The notes beneath the pieces were generated by a model that saw only the letters and a program-made list of their open reading frames with translations, had not been told where the DNA came from and made no database searches. From Fonticula alba ATCC 38817 (taxonomy: Eukaryota; Protista; Nucleariida): DNA of 46,469 bases. How positions within the stretch are numbered: position 1 is the stretch's first letter; every line of letters begins with the position of its first letter. Made by a program: the position numbers and the translations under genes. Positions 12,201 through 24,200 of the stretch are shown one piece after another. The DNA lies in assembly GCA_000388065.2 (NCBI GenBank), contig KB932201.1; one strand, written 5' to 3'.

Positions 12201-15200
12201 GAGGAGGAACACCGACAGGAGGCACAAAAAGCGGCTCCCGCGATTGACCCAAGCCCCTGGCGTACCACTTCAAAGTCCACATGGATGGACTCCACTTCTG
12301 ACAGGGGATCGGGCAGGTCGGCCGAGATGAGGCCAGTGAAGTCGTGAAGAACATCGCGCGCCCCATCGAGGGCAAACTCCTACGCAAGGGATCCAGCTGG
12401 TGAGTAATACCGCCGCGAGTGCAGGAGCATCTGCATGCTGGCACACGGGAAATCGGCGAGAAGGAGGGAGAGGGAGGGAGGGAGAGGGAGGGAGAAAGGG
12501 CAGAGACAGAGACGAGCAGAGAGGGCACCTTGTATTTGCGCCCGAGGAACTCGCCAAGGATCATCGGAAAGTACCGGGTGTCCTGTCCGATTGTCCGCTC
12601 CATGACAGATGCCAGGGTGATGCAGGACTTCAATTTGGTGGCCAAAAAGTCGGTCTTGACTTTCAGGGCATCCACTGCCAGCATTGTCCCGCGGCGCAGC
12701 AACCGGGAGGTTAGCAAGCCGGAGCATCCGAAGGCCGGCGAAGGGAAGTAGGCAGCGGAAGAGCAGGGCCGGGAGGTGGGAGCGCACTTTTTTCCTTAGC
12801 CGCGGCATTCAGCCGGTCAATCGCTTGACTACATTCGATCTTCAGACGCTTGTCATGCTCAATGAAAACCTCATGCACAAGCGCCTGGGTCTTGGCGTGA
12901 TTCTGTATCGGCGTGCAGGGCGAGGGGCGGGGTGGAGGGCGGCGAGGAGGGGATGCAAAGCAAGGGTGGGGAGAGGGGGGGCGCATGCCAGAAGTGTTGT
13001 GAGAGTGAGTCTCGAGGGAAGTGGAAAAAGCAAGAAGAAATCCAAGTCATCCCCTCCCCCCGCCCCCCTCCCCAGCTCCACGTACACTCTCGAGCACCGG
13101 CAGCAGGCCGGAAATGTTGATAAGGGACTTCGCGATCGACTCATTGTAATGCCGCAGCCGGTGGCACAGCTCCCCGAGGTTTTGCCGGAAGATCTTATCA
13201 TCGCTGAGGCTGATGGTTTGGGTGTTGCGTGGAAGGTTGCTGACCGAGCGCCGACCGGTCTGGGGAGTGTGCAGGAAGGCTGTTGAGGGCTCCTCAACGG
13301 CCATGGTACATGCAATGCACAGCATCCGTCCCTCAAATGGGTCGTACATGCGGAAGGGCTTTTGGTGCTGCTTGCAAATCCAGAAGCTCGTTGAGGCCGC
13401 GCTGGGCCGCGGGCCGAAGGACGTCTCCATCGGGAAGCCGGATAGCGCCGGACCCCGAGGGCTGGCCAGAGCCAGGGCTTCGGTTGTCCCGCTGGAAGCG
13501 CCGGCGCCGGGGGCGGAAGCGCCCGCGCCACCGCCCCCCGAGGTCGCCACCACAGTCGTCGAGAAGTGCGCGCGAACAACCTCGTGCTTGCGGTACATAC
13601 GCGCCTGGTGGACATCCTGATAGCAAGGGTCACAAATGAATGAGGCACACGTCTTGCAGTACCAGTCCACTGAGGGGCCGTTGCAGTTGGCTGGCAAGCG
13701 GGAGAATATGGTCAGCGAGGGAGGGGAGGGTAGGGGGGGGGGAGGGGTGGAAGAAGAGGAGAAAGAGAATGGCAAAGGGGGTAAAGAAAAACAAGCAGGG
13801 GGTGGCCAGTGGAGGGAGACAGGTCGAACGGCGGTCCCCTGGCCAGGGGACACCGAGGCGCACCACAAACATTTCGGTTCATGTTACTGCTGGCCGTGGC
13901 TCGGCTCATGTGAACCACATACTCTGTGTGAAGGTCTCGCTCGAAGGGACGATTTTTCTGGACGATGGAGTTCTTCTTGCAGACCTCACAGTCAACCACA
14001 GTGCCGAAGGCTGTGGCCCCATCCCGGAGAGGGGAAAGAGGGAGCAAGAGGAGCGTAGAAGTCACCGCAGGGTACATGTGCGTGCGTGCGTGCGTGCGTG
14101 AGAAGGAGAAGGAGAAGGGGGATGATCACAAGCAAGTCGGCGAAGCAGGCAAGGGGTGACATCGAAGGGAGCACGCACGCCGATCCAAGACATGAAAGCC
14201 ACAGCACGTATGAAGACAATCCAGGAACATGGGGTTCTCGCCGACTGGCGACACATGGCACACACAGCACGTGAGCGGGTCCACAAGGCGACTGAAGTCG
14301 ATGATCCCAAGTGCCGGCAGGATGGCCCTCAGCTCTTGCGAGTAGCGCGGCACTGCCACCCGCAGAGTGGCCGTCGTCACTGAGATCCCTCGTTGCAGGG
14401 GGGGCGGCTTGAAGCGACCCCCGCTGGCGCTGGAAACCGTGCCCCCGGGCGAGGGGGCCGCCGAGCCGGGGCTCGGCATGATGGCGGTCGGCGAGGGCGG
14501 GGCACTGGAACCAATGGTGGCACGTCGGCGCCCGGGACTGGTGCCCGGCCCGGGCCCGGGCCCGGGCCCCGGGAATTCCACACTACCGCTGCCGCTGCCA
14601 CTGCCGCTGTTCCACGCGCCGAAGCTCTCGTCATCCGAGCGGACCGGGCTCGAGGCTTCGGACTCGGAGCCGGAGCCACCGACACCCCGACCGGACGGCA
14701 ATCCCAGGAAGACCAGGGGCGACAGTTCGGCATTGGGCCGAGGGGAAGTCCCGCCGGCCAGCGTCGCCCCGGCCAACTCCGCATCTTCATCCTCCTCCAA
14801 GGGGCTGGGCAGGTCCTCATGGCCAAAGACGTATGTCAGCGTCGAGGGCGACGGAGGCGACAGCCTTGGAAGGGGCGAGGGAGGCCCGCTGCCTCCCGGG
14901 CCAGTGTGGGGGATTTTCAGGGGCCGCGACGGCGGCGAAGCCGAGCCCATTCCCTGTCCCTTGGCCCGGGAGTGGTGCGGGGCAACCACCAGCGGCGAGA
15001 GGAAGGTCCCCTCGGGAAGGGCACTCGTCCCGGCGGGCGATGTGATCGCCAGCAAATTGGCCGCCGGGTCATTGAGCAGCAGGGAAGGGCTACTGGAAGC
15101 CAGCAACAGGGGGTTGCTTTCTGACCGAGTGACCAGGGGCACCACACGTCCACCCGGCCCGGGGGATGGCATCACCGATGATCCCACCATGCCTGACAGG

Positions 15201-15321
15201 GAATGATGCGAATGGTGCAGGCGGACATTCTTTCCGGAGGGAGCACCGCCTCCCAGGCCCGAAAAGGCGCTCGAGCTTGCTTCCCCCATGTTTGGGAGGT
15301 GCCCGGACAGACGTCGGACAG

Positions 15322-15371
<50 letters not shown>

Positions 15372-15568
15372 AGATGGTGGTGGTGGTGGGGGGGGGGAGG
15401 ATGATGGCTCCCTGGGGTATCACCATGAGCTGAGGGACCAGTTGGCTCATCCTGCACGGTGATCGAGATTGAGGGATTGCTGCCGAAGGTGACATCGGCG
15501 GCCTGCAGCTGGTCCGCCTGGCCACCGCCGACCAGAGGCATTTCACTGCTGCGCCGCCGGCCGGCCAT
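9277..15568 (-). CDS. TRIM/RBCC-like protein (RING, B-box1, degenerate B-box2, coiled coils), ~1620 aa, probable E3 ligase
   Basis: Model complement(join(9277..9453,9627..9810,9974..10155,10329..12131,12266..12379,12529..12674,12788..12902,13086..13690,13864..14010,14179..15568)) is 4863 nt and in frame. RING: CCVC-x13-CLHTCCGFH...CEVC. B-box1: CANC...WYCKTCASFICDPCYQDVHQARMYRKH. B-box2-like: CKQHQKPFRMYDPFEGRMLCIAC. Helical coiled-coil segments follow. The AAG acceptor at 10156 is the least certain junction. Confidence 0.8.
15324..15388 (-). repeat. CAC/CAG trinucleotide run encoding polyH and polyQ in the TRIM-like N-terminus
   Basis: The + strand reads (CTG)n then (TGG)n; the translation is HHHHHLQQQQQQQQQQQQQQQQ. 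Confidence 0.9.
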
Positions 15569-16493
15569 GTGTCGCCCTTCTGAGAGGTGGGGAAAGATGA
15601 GGGTAGAGGGGGCGCAAAGAGATGGCAGAGAGAGCGAGAGAGAGAGAGAGGCAAGAGAGAGGGAGAGAGAAAGCGCGGCAGGGAGAGGATACGGAGGATG
15701 GGGGGAAGGGAAGAGAAAGAAAGAGGGGCCAAAATAGAGGGCCAGGGGAGGCGGGACGGAGGTGAATGACACGGGGGGGGCCGCGGCACACCCGGCCCCG
15801 CCGCGGCGGCCTTTTGTCATGGTTCGTCCCCGAACAGGTGGCGACTGGGGTGGTGCCAGCGGCTGTGGCGCAGAGCGATCTGCCTCTACGGCGGCCTGCA
15901 CGCCTGCCCGCCCGTCTGCCCGTCTGCCAGCCCGCCACCAGGAGCCGTCCCCAGGGGCGGGCAGCTCTCCGCGCTCAAGCCGCAACCAGGGGGACGCGGG
16001 ATCGCCGACACCTGGTGGAGCGTTGGCAGATCGGGCGCCCAGATTGCTTGAGTATCCTCGCCGAATGCCACTCCCGCGCGTCGCACACACAGCCCGACAC
16101 CGGGGTCCGGACCGAGGGGGCATCTCTTTGCGGGCACCGAACCGAACTGCGGCCCGCCCCCCTCTCCCCCCGAAGAGCATGCCCCCAGGGCGCATCCGGA
16201 CAAAAGGCGGGCTTTTTTCCCGACACATGCACACACACACACACACACACACACACACCGGTGTTGCACACGCGCAATACCACACCCGACAAAGGGAGAA
16301 AGAGGCGCGACAGACCCACAAGGAGACCCCAACGCGAGGGAGGGCATATATTCAAGAGAGGGAGTGGCCACGCACTCCAGTCACATGGACAGAGACAAGA
16401 AGGCCAGCCAATGACGGCGCCCGGGAGGCGGAGCCGCGTGCTGTATGGGGGAGAGGGGGAGGGAGGGGGGGGGGGAGAGAGGGAGAAAGACCC

Positions 16494-19400
16494 CTAGTGG
16501 CGAAGGAGCTCGGTGAGCTGCGCGCGTGTGGGTTCGCTCAGCTGCCCGACCATCACCGGCCACCGGTCCCCGGCGCGCAGGCTGTACCCATTGAAGAATT
16601 GGCGGAGCCCGGCCGCGAAGGGTCCCGACATGGACCGCCAGTTGGCCACCACATCACAGAGCATGGAGAACAAGGCCTGCTCGGCCGGGGGGTTTTCGGC
16701 AATGGCACACGAGAGCCCGGTGAAGGCGCTCTCCAGCATGGCATCAAGCGGCATGGCAATGGCCACCGAGCACCAGTCTGCCAGGAAGTGCGGCAGGAGG
16801 GAGGCCAGCTCCCCGGGGCACGAGTGCCCCAACCGGCCGAGGGTGATGGCGGCATTCTCCCGCAGAGAGCTGGGAACCGTCACCGAGGACAGGATCTTCA
16901 TCAGCCGCGGCAGGACCTCCATCACAAAGGGCCGGATCGGCCCGCTGAAGTCTTTGGTCATCTCGCCAAGAGCCCAGCAGGCATTGTTACACACCGACAC
17001 GGAATCCCGGTCCAAATTGCCCACCAGGTCCGGCATGATGAGGGACACATTGTCCGGGCCAATGTGCGCCGGGCTGGCGACCGTCAAGTCGCCCAGCAGA
17101 CCGAAGGCCGACTGTCGGACCTCTTCCGAGTCATCGCGGATGCAGTGCTTGATCAGCTCAATCAGCGGCGTCGGGCAGGAGGCCACCAGCGGCTCGATGG
17201 CTCCCTTTAGCCCCTCGGCGATGCCGGACAGCAGGTCGAAGGACACCACGATGAAGGACTTGTCCGGCTCCGGCAGGTTGGGGTTGTTGTCGTAGGCCTA
17301 ACCAAGTACATGCATACCCGCGTGTGTGTGTGTGTGTGTGTGTGCGTGTGTGCGTGTGCGTGTGTGTGTGCGCGTGTGTGTGCGCGTGCGTGTGCGCGTG
17401 CGTGTGTGTGTGTGTGCGTAGGTGCGCGCGCGCGCGCGCGCGCAGAAACACGGACAGGTCAGTAAATGCTTCCGTAAAGAGACAGCTCGCAGGCGGCAGG
17501 CGAGAAGAAGGAGCCGGATGGGGGAAGATCGCACAATCTCCGCATTGATGGTGTTGACAATGATTCTAACTGCCCGGTTGAAGCACACCCCGCTGTAAGG
17601 GAGGAAGTTCTCCCGCAGGGTGTTCGCCAGGGTGGACAGACACTCAAAGAGGGAGAAAATGTCGGTACTATCGTCCGGCGTGGCATCCCAGCGCTGCAAC
17701 AGCGGCGGCATCAAAATGCTCAACAGAGACTCTTCACAGATGGCGCTGCCGACATTCTGCACCAGCGTCGCCAGGGTGTCGTACATGAGAAGCAGGTTGT
17801 TTTGCTAAGCAGCGCAGGGGGACCAAAGTGCGGTGGCGGAGGGGTCAGTCGTCAAGAGAGGCCAACAGACCGGGGATCAATCGGGGAGAGAACAGACCGC
17901 GTCTCAGGCGCACCTGGAACAGGGAAAAGGCCTTGATCAGCGGCGGGAGCACCGAGTGCAAGTATGCCACCATGGCCAGGCCGATGGACTCGCTGATCAG
18001 GGTGAATGCGCAGCAGGCGGCACCCTGAACGCGCTTTGTGTTGTCGTGCATGGATCCCAGAATGGCTGACAGAACGCGCGGCATGTATGGCTCGAACTCC
18101 GGCGCCGAGTGGAACCACGCGGCAAACCGGCTAACCGACCAGCACGCGGTTTCACGCACAAGCGGCTACATTGAAGCAAGAGCAAACCAGCGGGCAGAGG
18201 GGGAGGCCGAGGGGAGAGGGGGGGGGGCCATATGTGTGAGCCAGACGCCGAGAGAGGAGGCCGCAAGGAAAACCAAAATTGCGACGCGGGCGGGGCAGGA
18301 TACGCACATGCGGGTGGCGAAGGTTCTCCAGCAGGAACTCGAATGCTCCGATGGCCTGGGGAAATCCGGGGAACACATGCTTGGACGCCACGCCGAGGAC
18401 CAGGATGCCAGCCTCGCGGGGCTTCCACTCGTCAGAGCCCAAGTAGGGCTCAAGGGTGCTCAGGACCGCGGGGCCGATCTCGGCTGAGAACTGCGAGATG
18501 ATCTTCTCCAACAGGGTAGCCGAGTACTGTTGTCAAAAGGGCGAGTTGAGGGGGGGGGGGGGGGGGGGGCGACATGGGTTGGTCAGAGGATGGTCCCAAC
18601 ATCTCGGAGAAGGAGCAGAATGGAGGGAGAGGGGCGGGGAAGCCCAAATGGCGCGAGGGATCGACGGTCATAGGGAGGCACAGCGAAAGCATACCCGGCG
18701 GAGGTTCCAATTCTGGACCTCACCATCATCCTCATCATCATCGTCATCATCATACCCGGCATAGTCGGCGCTTTCGTCAAAGTCATCCCCATCGAAGTCC
18801 TCATCTTCATACTCCTCCACAAAGGACTCCGACCCGGCGCCCGAGGTCTGGAGCCGCCGCCGGTGGAAGCGAGGGCGCAGCTCCTCCGGGCGATCCGGCA
18901 CTGAGGCATCCTCGATGATGCCGTAGGACCCCTCGGCATAGATGACATTCTGCACCAGAATCGGGAGGAGACTGTGCGCGGGCGAGGAGCGAATGGAAGA
19001 ACGGAGGGAAGGGGTGAGCAAAAGCCCACCCAGATGGCAGCAACGGTGGGAGCCCAAGCTGGGGGGCGGATGATCGCAAGCAGGGACATCGAGACGCACC
19101 GCTTGATGAAGGGCACAACCACCGAGTACAGGTCGGAAGTGTGCTGGAAGACAAGGAGCCAGAACTCGCAGGCTTGCAGGGCCACCGGCTCATCACGGTC
19201 GGTGATGGACAGCAACATGTACTCCAGGATCTTGTCGATAAAGGGAAGCAGCGAGGCCGGAGATACCTCGAAAATGTACACCAGCGCCTCGCACACGTGC
19301 TTGCGCACGAAGGAGTCCGAATCGGTGGCCGTGTTGGAGAGGGACTGATTGCACGAGCAAAGGACGAGGCCAGGATGTCAGGCGCCGGTGCGGAGGAGAC

Positions 19401-21073
19401 GAAACACGGGAGAGCGAGAGCGAGAGNNNNNNNNNNNNNNNNNNNNNNNNNNNNNNNNNNNNNNNNNNNNNNNNNNNNNNNNNNNNNNNNNNNNNNNNNN
19501 NNNNNNNNNNNNNNNNNNNNNNNNNNNNNNNNNNNNNNNNNNNNNNNNNNNNNNNNNNNNNNNNNNNNNNNNNNNNNNNNNNNNNNNNNNNNNNNNNNNN
19601 NNNNNNNNNNNNNNNNNNNNNNNNNNNNNNNNNNNNNNNNNNNNNNNNNNNNNNNNNNNNNNNNNNNNNNNNNNNNNNNNNNNNNNNNNNNNNNNNNNNN
19701 NNNNNNNNNNNCCCCCCCCACCCCACCCCAGAAGTGTGCATGCTGTGCTGGGGGTGGGGTCACCCTGACGACCGGGAAGCCGCACCTGCCCGAGACTGGC
19801 TGGGACTAGGTGGGACGAGACGAGGGGGCTCGGTGCGGGGCGCGGGCTGCGGGCGGGGGACGGGGGGGCGGGGGGCTGCCTGCCCAACGCGCATGAGGTC
19901 CAACGCGTCGGCAGTCCCCCGGGGGCGCGGTGCAGGACCAGTGCACCGGACACACATTGACTGGCATGCCGAATTCCTCGCATCCATTTTACGGGCACAC
20001 ACTTGTGGGGATGGGCCAGGAAAAAGGTGCCACTGGCCGGGGGCCAGAGGGTGCCACACATGGGGCCTCTGCGGAGGACCATCAACACGGGCAGGCCACC
20101 ACGTGAAGAAAACAACAAGCGATTGCCGCATGGCGCTACCGCGAGTGCCGCCGATCATTCTGCCGTCGGACGTGTTTGCCGGCCACCGAGTCCCTACGAA
20201 CGTGTCGCTCTTGGATGGGCACTTGGGCGTCTGTTGCGCACTCTCAAGTGCCACCGCGGCGGTCGGTGACGCCGGTGGCCAGCCCACAGGACCAACCACA
20301 CCCCTCCTTCCCTTTTCCGCCCCGCCACACGGTGTCCTAGCCTCTCCTTCCCTCTCTCCCTCTCTCCCTCTCTCCCTCTCTCCCTCTCTCCCTCGGCAAG
20401 GGAGGAGTGCGAAAAGAAGCGCACGGTCACAAAGACGTCCATATGCTGGGCGAGGATGGCTGGCTGAAGGAGGATAAACTGATTGACACAGGAGATGGCC
20501 ACACCGCGGATCTTGGCAACCGGATGCGAGGAGAACATCACAAAGGCCGGGATCAGGGTCTCCAGCGACTGGTCCGTCAGATCGGCCGCCGAGTCCTCGC
20601 AGATCATCAGGAGGGTGGCAAAGACGCCCTGCATTCGGGGGAACAGTAGACCGGCAAGGGCGTCAGAAGCTCCATCAGCAGGGGGTTGCCCCGGGATCGG
20701 GCCGAGAAAAAGGCCCGAGCCAAATGCCGCAGTTGCATACCTCCAAAATGAGCATATCCTGTGTCTGGAGCATGTTCACCAGGTACGGCAGAAGTTCCGG
20801 CCAATCGTGGATTGAGCCGATCGACAGGAGCGTCGAGATGATGGTGGCCACGGTCGACCGAACCAGGGGCTCCTTGTCGCCCACCAGACGAAGGCACTGC
20901 AGCTTGATGTACACCTTGGCCGTAGGGTGGAAGGTGTTGTACTTACTGCGGATGAGGTTCTTCAGCAGCAGACCAGCGATGGCTCGCAGGCCGGGATCCT
21001 CCACCGACGGATCGGTGAACAGGTACATCAGTGTCATGGAGTAATCTGGGAACCGGGTCAGCCCATCCAGAGT
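16494..21073 (-). CDS. TNPO1: Transportin-1 / importin beta-2 (Kap104), 5'-partial
   Basis: Exons 20741..21073, 20425..20628, 19100..19344, 18695..18971, 18308..18526, 17914..18165, 17535..17804 and 16494..17297 total 2604 nt in frame. Family motifs seen: GLLLKN, DWPELLP, the HEAT8 acidic loop ending WNLRRYSA, DKSFIVVSFDLLSGIAEGL, EVRQSAFGLLGDL, SVCNNACWALGE and ENAAITLGRLG. The first exon is not visible and probably lies in the gap 21219-21695. Confidence 0.95.
17321..17441. repeat. Compound (TG)n/(CG)n microsatellite in the last TNPO1 intron
   Basis: About 120 bp of nearly uninterrupted purine-pyrimidine alternation (gtgtgt...gcgtgt...gcgcgcgcgc). Confidence 0.9.
19427..19711. other. Assembly gap inside TNPO1 intron
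   Basis: Run of N flanked by (GA)n and poly(C). Confidence 1.
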
Positions 21074-21218
21074 CTGTAATGGGAGGGCCGAGGTGCGGGG
21101 AGGCCGGGAATGGGAACCGGCGGCGGGGCAGGCGGTCACAAGTTAGCACGGCCATGTTCGAGTGTGCGATGCAGCCTTGAGCTTTGTGCAGCGGGGGGGG
21201 ATGGTGGGATCGGGGGGG

Positions 21219-21695
21219 NNNNNNNNNNNNNNNNNNNNNNNNNNNNNNNNNNNNNNNNNNNNNNNNNNNNNNNNNNNNNNNNNNNNNNNNNNNNNNNNNN
21301 NNNNNNNNNNNNNNNNNNNNNNNNNNNNNNNNNNNNNNNNNNNNNNNNNNNNNNNNNNNNNNNNNNNNNNNNNNNNNNNNNNNNNNNNNNNNNNNNNNNN
21401 NNNNNNNNNNNNNNNNNNNNNNNNNNNNNNNNNNNNNNNNNNNNNNNNNNNNNNNNNNNNNNNNNNNNNNNNNNNNNNNNNNNNNNNNNNNNNNNNNNNN
21501 NNNNNNNNNNNNNNNNNNNNNNNNNNNNNNNNNNNNNNNNNNNNNNNNNNNNNNNNNNNNNNNNNNNNNNNNNNNNNNNNNNNNNNNNNNNNNNNNNNNN
21601 NNNNNNNNNNNNNNNNNNNNNNNNNNNNNNNNNNNNNNNNNNNNNNNNNNNNNNNNNNNNNNNNNNNNNNNNNNNNNNNNNNNNNNNNNNNNNNN
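21219..21695. other. Assembly gap that probably hides TNPO1 exon 1 and the TNPO1/PRPF31 shared promoter
   Basis: Run of N. TNPO1 lacks its N-terminus on one side, and the PRPF31 ATG lies 10 nt past the other side. Smaller gaps occur at 3192-3201, 3810-3819, 25038-25047, 29360-29409 and 40906-41012. Confidence 0.9.
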
Positions 21696-21704
21696 CCCAT
21701 CATC

Positions 21705-24200
21705 ATGTCCAAGTCGGAGCACATTCTCGATGATGACCTGCTCAGCGACCTGGCCGCCCTGGACGACCATGTAAAATCACAGCCGGGAGGCGATCGCACG
21801 CGCCACGGCATGTCGGCGGGCCTCGGTGCGGAGGATGATCCCGAGGCCGACGCATTCATGGACGACCTGGATGACCTGTTTGGTGATGATGGCGATGACA
21901 GCGACGGCGAGGGGGCCGATGATCCGGCCAGCGAGGCGGCGCGCCTGGCCCGGCAGCGCGACGCCCAGGCCTCCCAGCTGGCTGCCCGGGATTTGGCCGA
22001 GCTGGATACCCAGCACCTGGAGATCTCGGACATTGCTAAGCTGACTGGCTCGGCCCGCTTTTCGGAACTGACCTCGGTATGTTCCCGCCTCAATTTGCCT
22101 CCGGTCCCGGGGAGTTGGCCTTGTACTGACCACATGCCACCACCACACTGGCCATCTTGCGGGGCTATGGCGTGACATGGCGCGGTGGTGGGCCTTCTCT
22201 TAGCTGATCGATACCGCCCTGTCCGGGCCGCCGCCGGTCATTGTCGGCAACCTCTCCGATCACCAGGAGTACAACCTCATTTTGCGGTCGAATCGCCTGG
22301 CCTTGGAGATCGACGACGAGATGGACCTCATCCATAAGGTATGTGTCCTGGTCTTTGACCGCGTGCTCGATCACCGATCTCCCTTTCCCTTCCGTGGCCG
22401 CCCTGCCATTGGTCCTGACATTGGTCCTCACATCGGTCTTGGCGTCCCTCTCCCCGGTGCCTGGGCGCCCTGCTGACCGGCCTATCGGCCCGCCATTCCA
22501 GTACCTGCTTGATTACTACAAGCCCAAGTTCCCGGAGCTGGCTTCATTGGTCGCCTCCCCGGTGGAGTATGCCCGGACGATTCTCCTGATCGGCGACGAA
22601 ACCGACATGTCCAAGGTGGATCTCGGGTCGTTGCTTCCTCCGGCCACGGTGATTGTCGTGGCCACGGCTCGGATCAATGCCGAGCCCGGACCCGGGAGCG
22701 TGCAGATGCGCCGCGTGCGCGAGGCCGCCACCATGATGGTATCCCTGTCGGAGGCTTCTCTGCTGGTATGGACATTCCCTTTGCCCTCCTCATCCTGCCT
22801 CTGTGTCTGCCCTCTCCCTTGGGTCTTCTGACCTTGCGCTGCCTTTGCCCTGCGCTTGGCCCGGTGAAAGATTGTCCGCTTCATCCAAAGCCGCATGGCT
22901 TACATCGCGCCGAATTTGCACCGGCTGCTGGGCGCCACGGTCGCCGCACAGTTGATGACTGCTGCCGGTGGCATCGAGGCCCTGGCACGTATGCCCTCCT
23001 CGAACATCCAAATTCTTGGCCATTCGCGGCGCACTCCGCAGGGCTTGGCCTCCACCGGGACCCAGCACATGGGCTTCATCTTCCAGGCCCCGGCCGTGCG
23101 AGAGGCTCCGGCACTCGTTCGCCGGCGGGTGGCCCGGCAGATCGCCGGCAAGACGGCCCTCGTGGCCCGGGTGGACGCCTTCCGCCAGTCGTCGGATGGC
23201 AGTGTGGCCATCCGGTACCTGGATGATCTGGCCTCTCGTATTGAGCGCTGGATGGAGCCGGGTCAGGCCAAGCGCGAGGACATCCTCCCCGTCCCGGAGG
23301 AGAATAAGCGCAAGCGGCGCGGTGGCCGACGGTGCGCCTACATGGGCTTTCCTGCCATCCAGCCATGGCCTTTCCTGTCCTGTGCCAAGATCCCCGCCCC
23401 CCCCCCCCCCCCCCTCTGACCTTGACACCATTAACATCTTTTTCTTCTTCCTCCTCTTCTTCCTCTTCTTTTGTTCGCCACTCCCTCCCCCTGGCCCACC
23501 ATAGGGCTCGGAAGCAGAAGGAGGTGTATCAGATGACGCAGTTGCGTAAGGCCCAGAACCGGTCAGCCTTCGGCCAGGCCGAGGAGGAAATCATTGGCGG
23601 TGATGGCGATCTGATCGGCCTCGGCATGATTAACCAGGGGATCGGTGCCAGCGGACAGCGGATCCGAGTGGACAAGAAGACCCAAGGTATGTTGGAACTG
23701 TGCTCGCTGTCTGCACCCCCCGCTTCCGCCTCCTCCGCCCCCCTCCCCCCCCCGCCCCACGCTCTCCTCTCGCCATTTCCCTTTGCTCGCTCGCTCGCTC
23801 GCTTGCTCTCGCACTCTCTTCTCCACCACTGGACACCAGCCTTACCCAACCAATGCCAACATGTCGACATCCAGTCAAGTCGCGCAAGGCACGCGATGAG
23901 CTCTTGCGCATGCAGACCCAGCGCATCATGCCCTCGGCACTTCTGTCGCAATCGGGTGTGGCCTCGACGTATAGCTTCACCGCGCAGCGGGATGGCGGTT
24001 TCACGACGTCCGCCACGCCTGCACACCAGGCAAATGGGATTTTCACCGGGACGCAAGGCGCCACCGGCCGGGGGACTACCACCGGTGGAGCCACCGCCAC
24101 CGCTCCGGCCCCCGGTGTGCCACTCACCCCGGCCGAGCGTGTGCGCCAGGCTAACGAGAAGTGGTTCGGCAATAAGGGTTTCGGCGCTGGATCAAACTGA
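21705..24200 (+). CDS. PRPF31: U4/U6.U5 tri-snRNP protein Prp31, ~579 aa
   Basis: join(21705..22076,22204..22338,22502..22765,22871..23331,23505..23686,23875..24200) is 1740 nt. Motifs: EYNLILRSNRLALEIDDEMDLIHK|YLLDYYKPKFPELASLV, FIQSRMAYIAPNL, ARMPSSNIQILG, ARVDAF, KRKRRGGRRARKQKE, TQLRKAQNR and SGVAST. The ATG lies 10 nt after a gap, so an upstream start cannot be excluded. Confidence 0.95.

Noticed and set aside
15569-16321. Upstream part of the 731-aa ORF 14126..16321
   Set aside because: It translates (TG)n and (CT)n repeats (CVCVCV, LSLSLS). The credible start is ATG 15568.
19141-22175. ORFs containing long X runs
   Set aside because: They are artefacts of reading through N gaps.
22411-22446. 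Three degenerate 12-bp repeats (ggtcctgacatt-like) in PRPF31 intron 2
   Set aside because: Too short and degenerate, with no spacers; not CRISPR-like or mobile-element-like.
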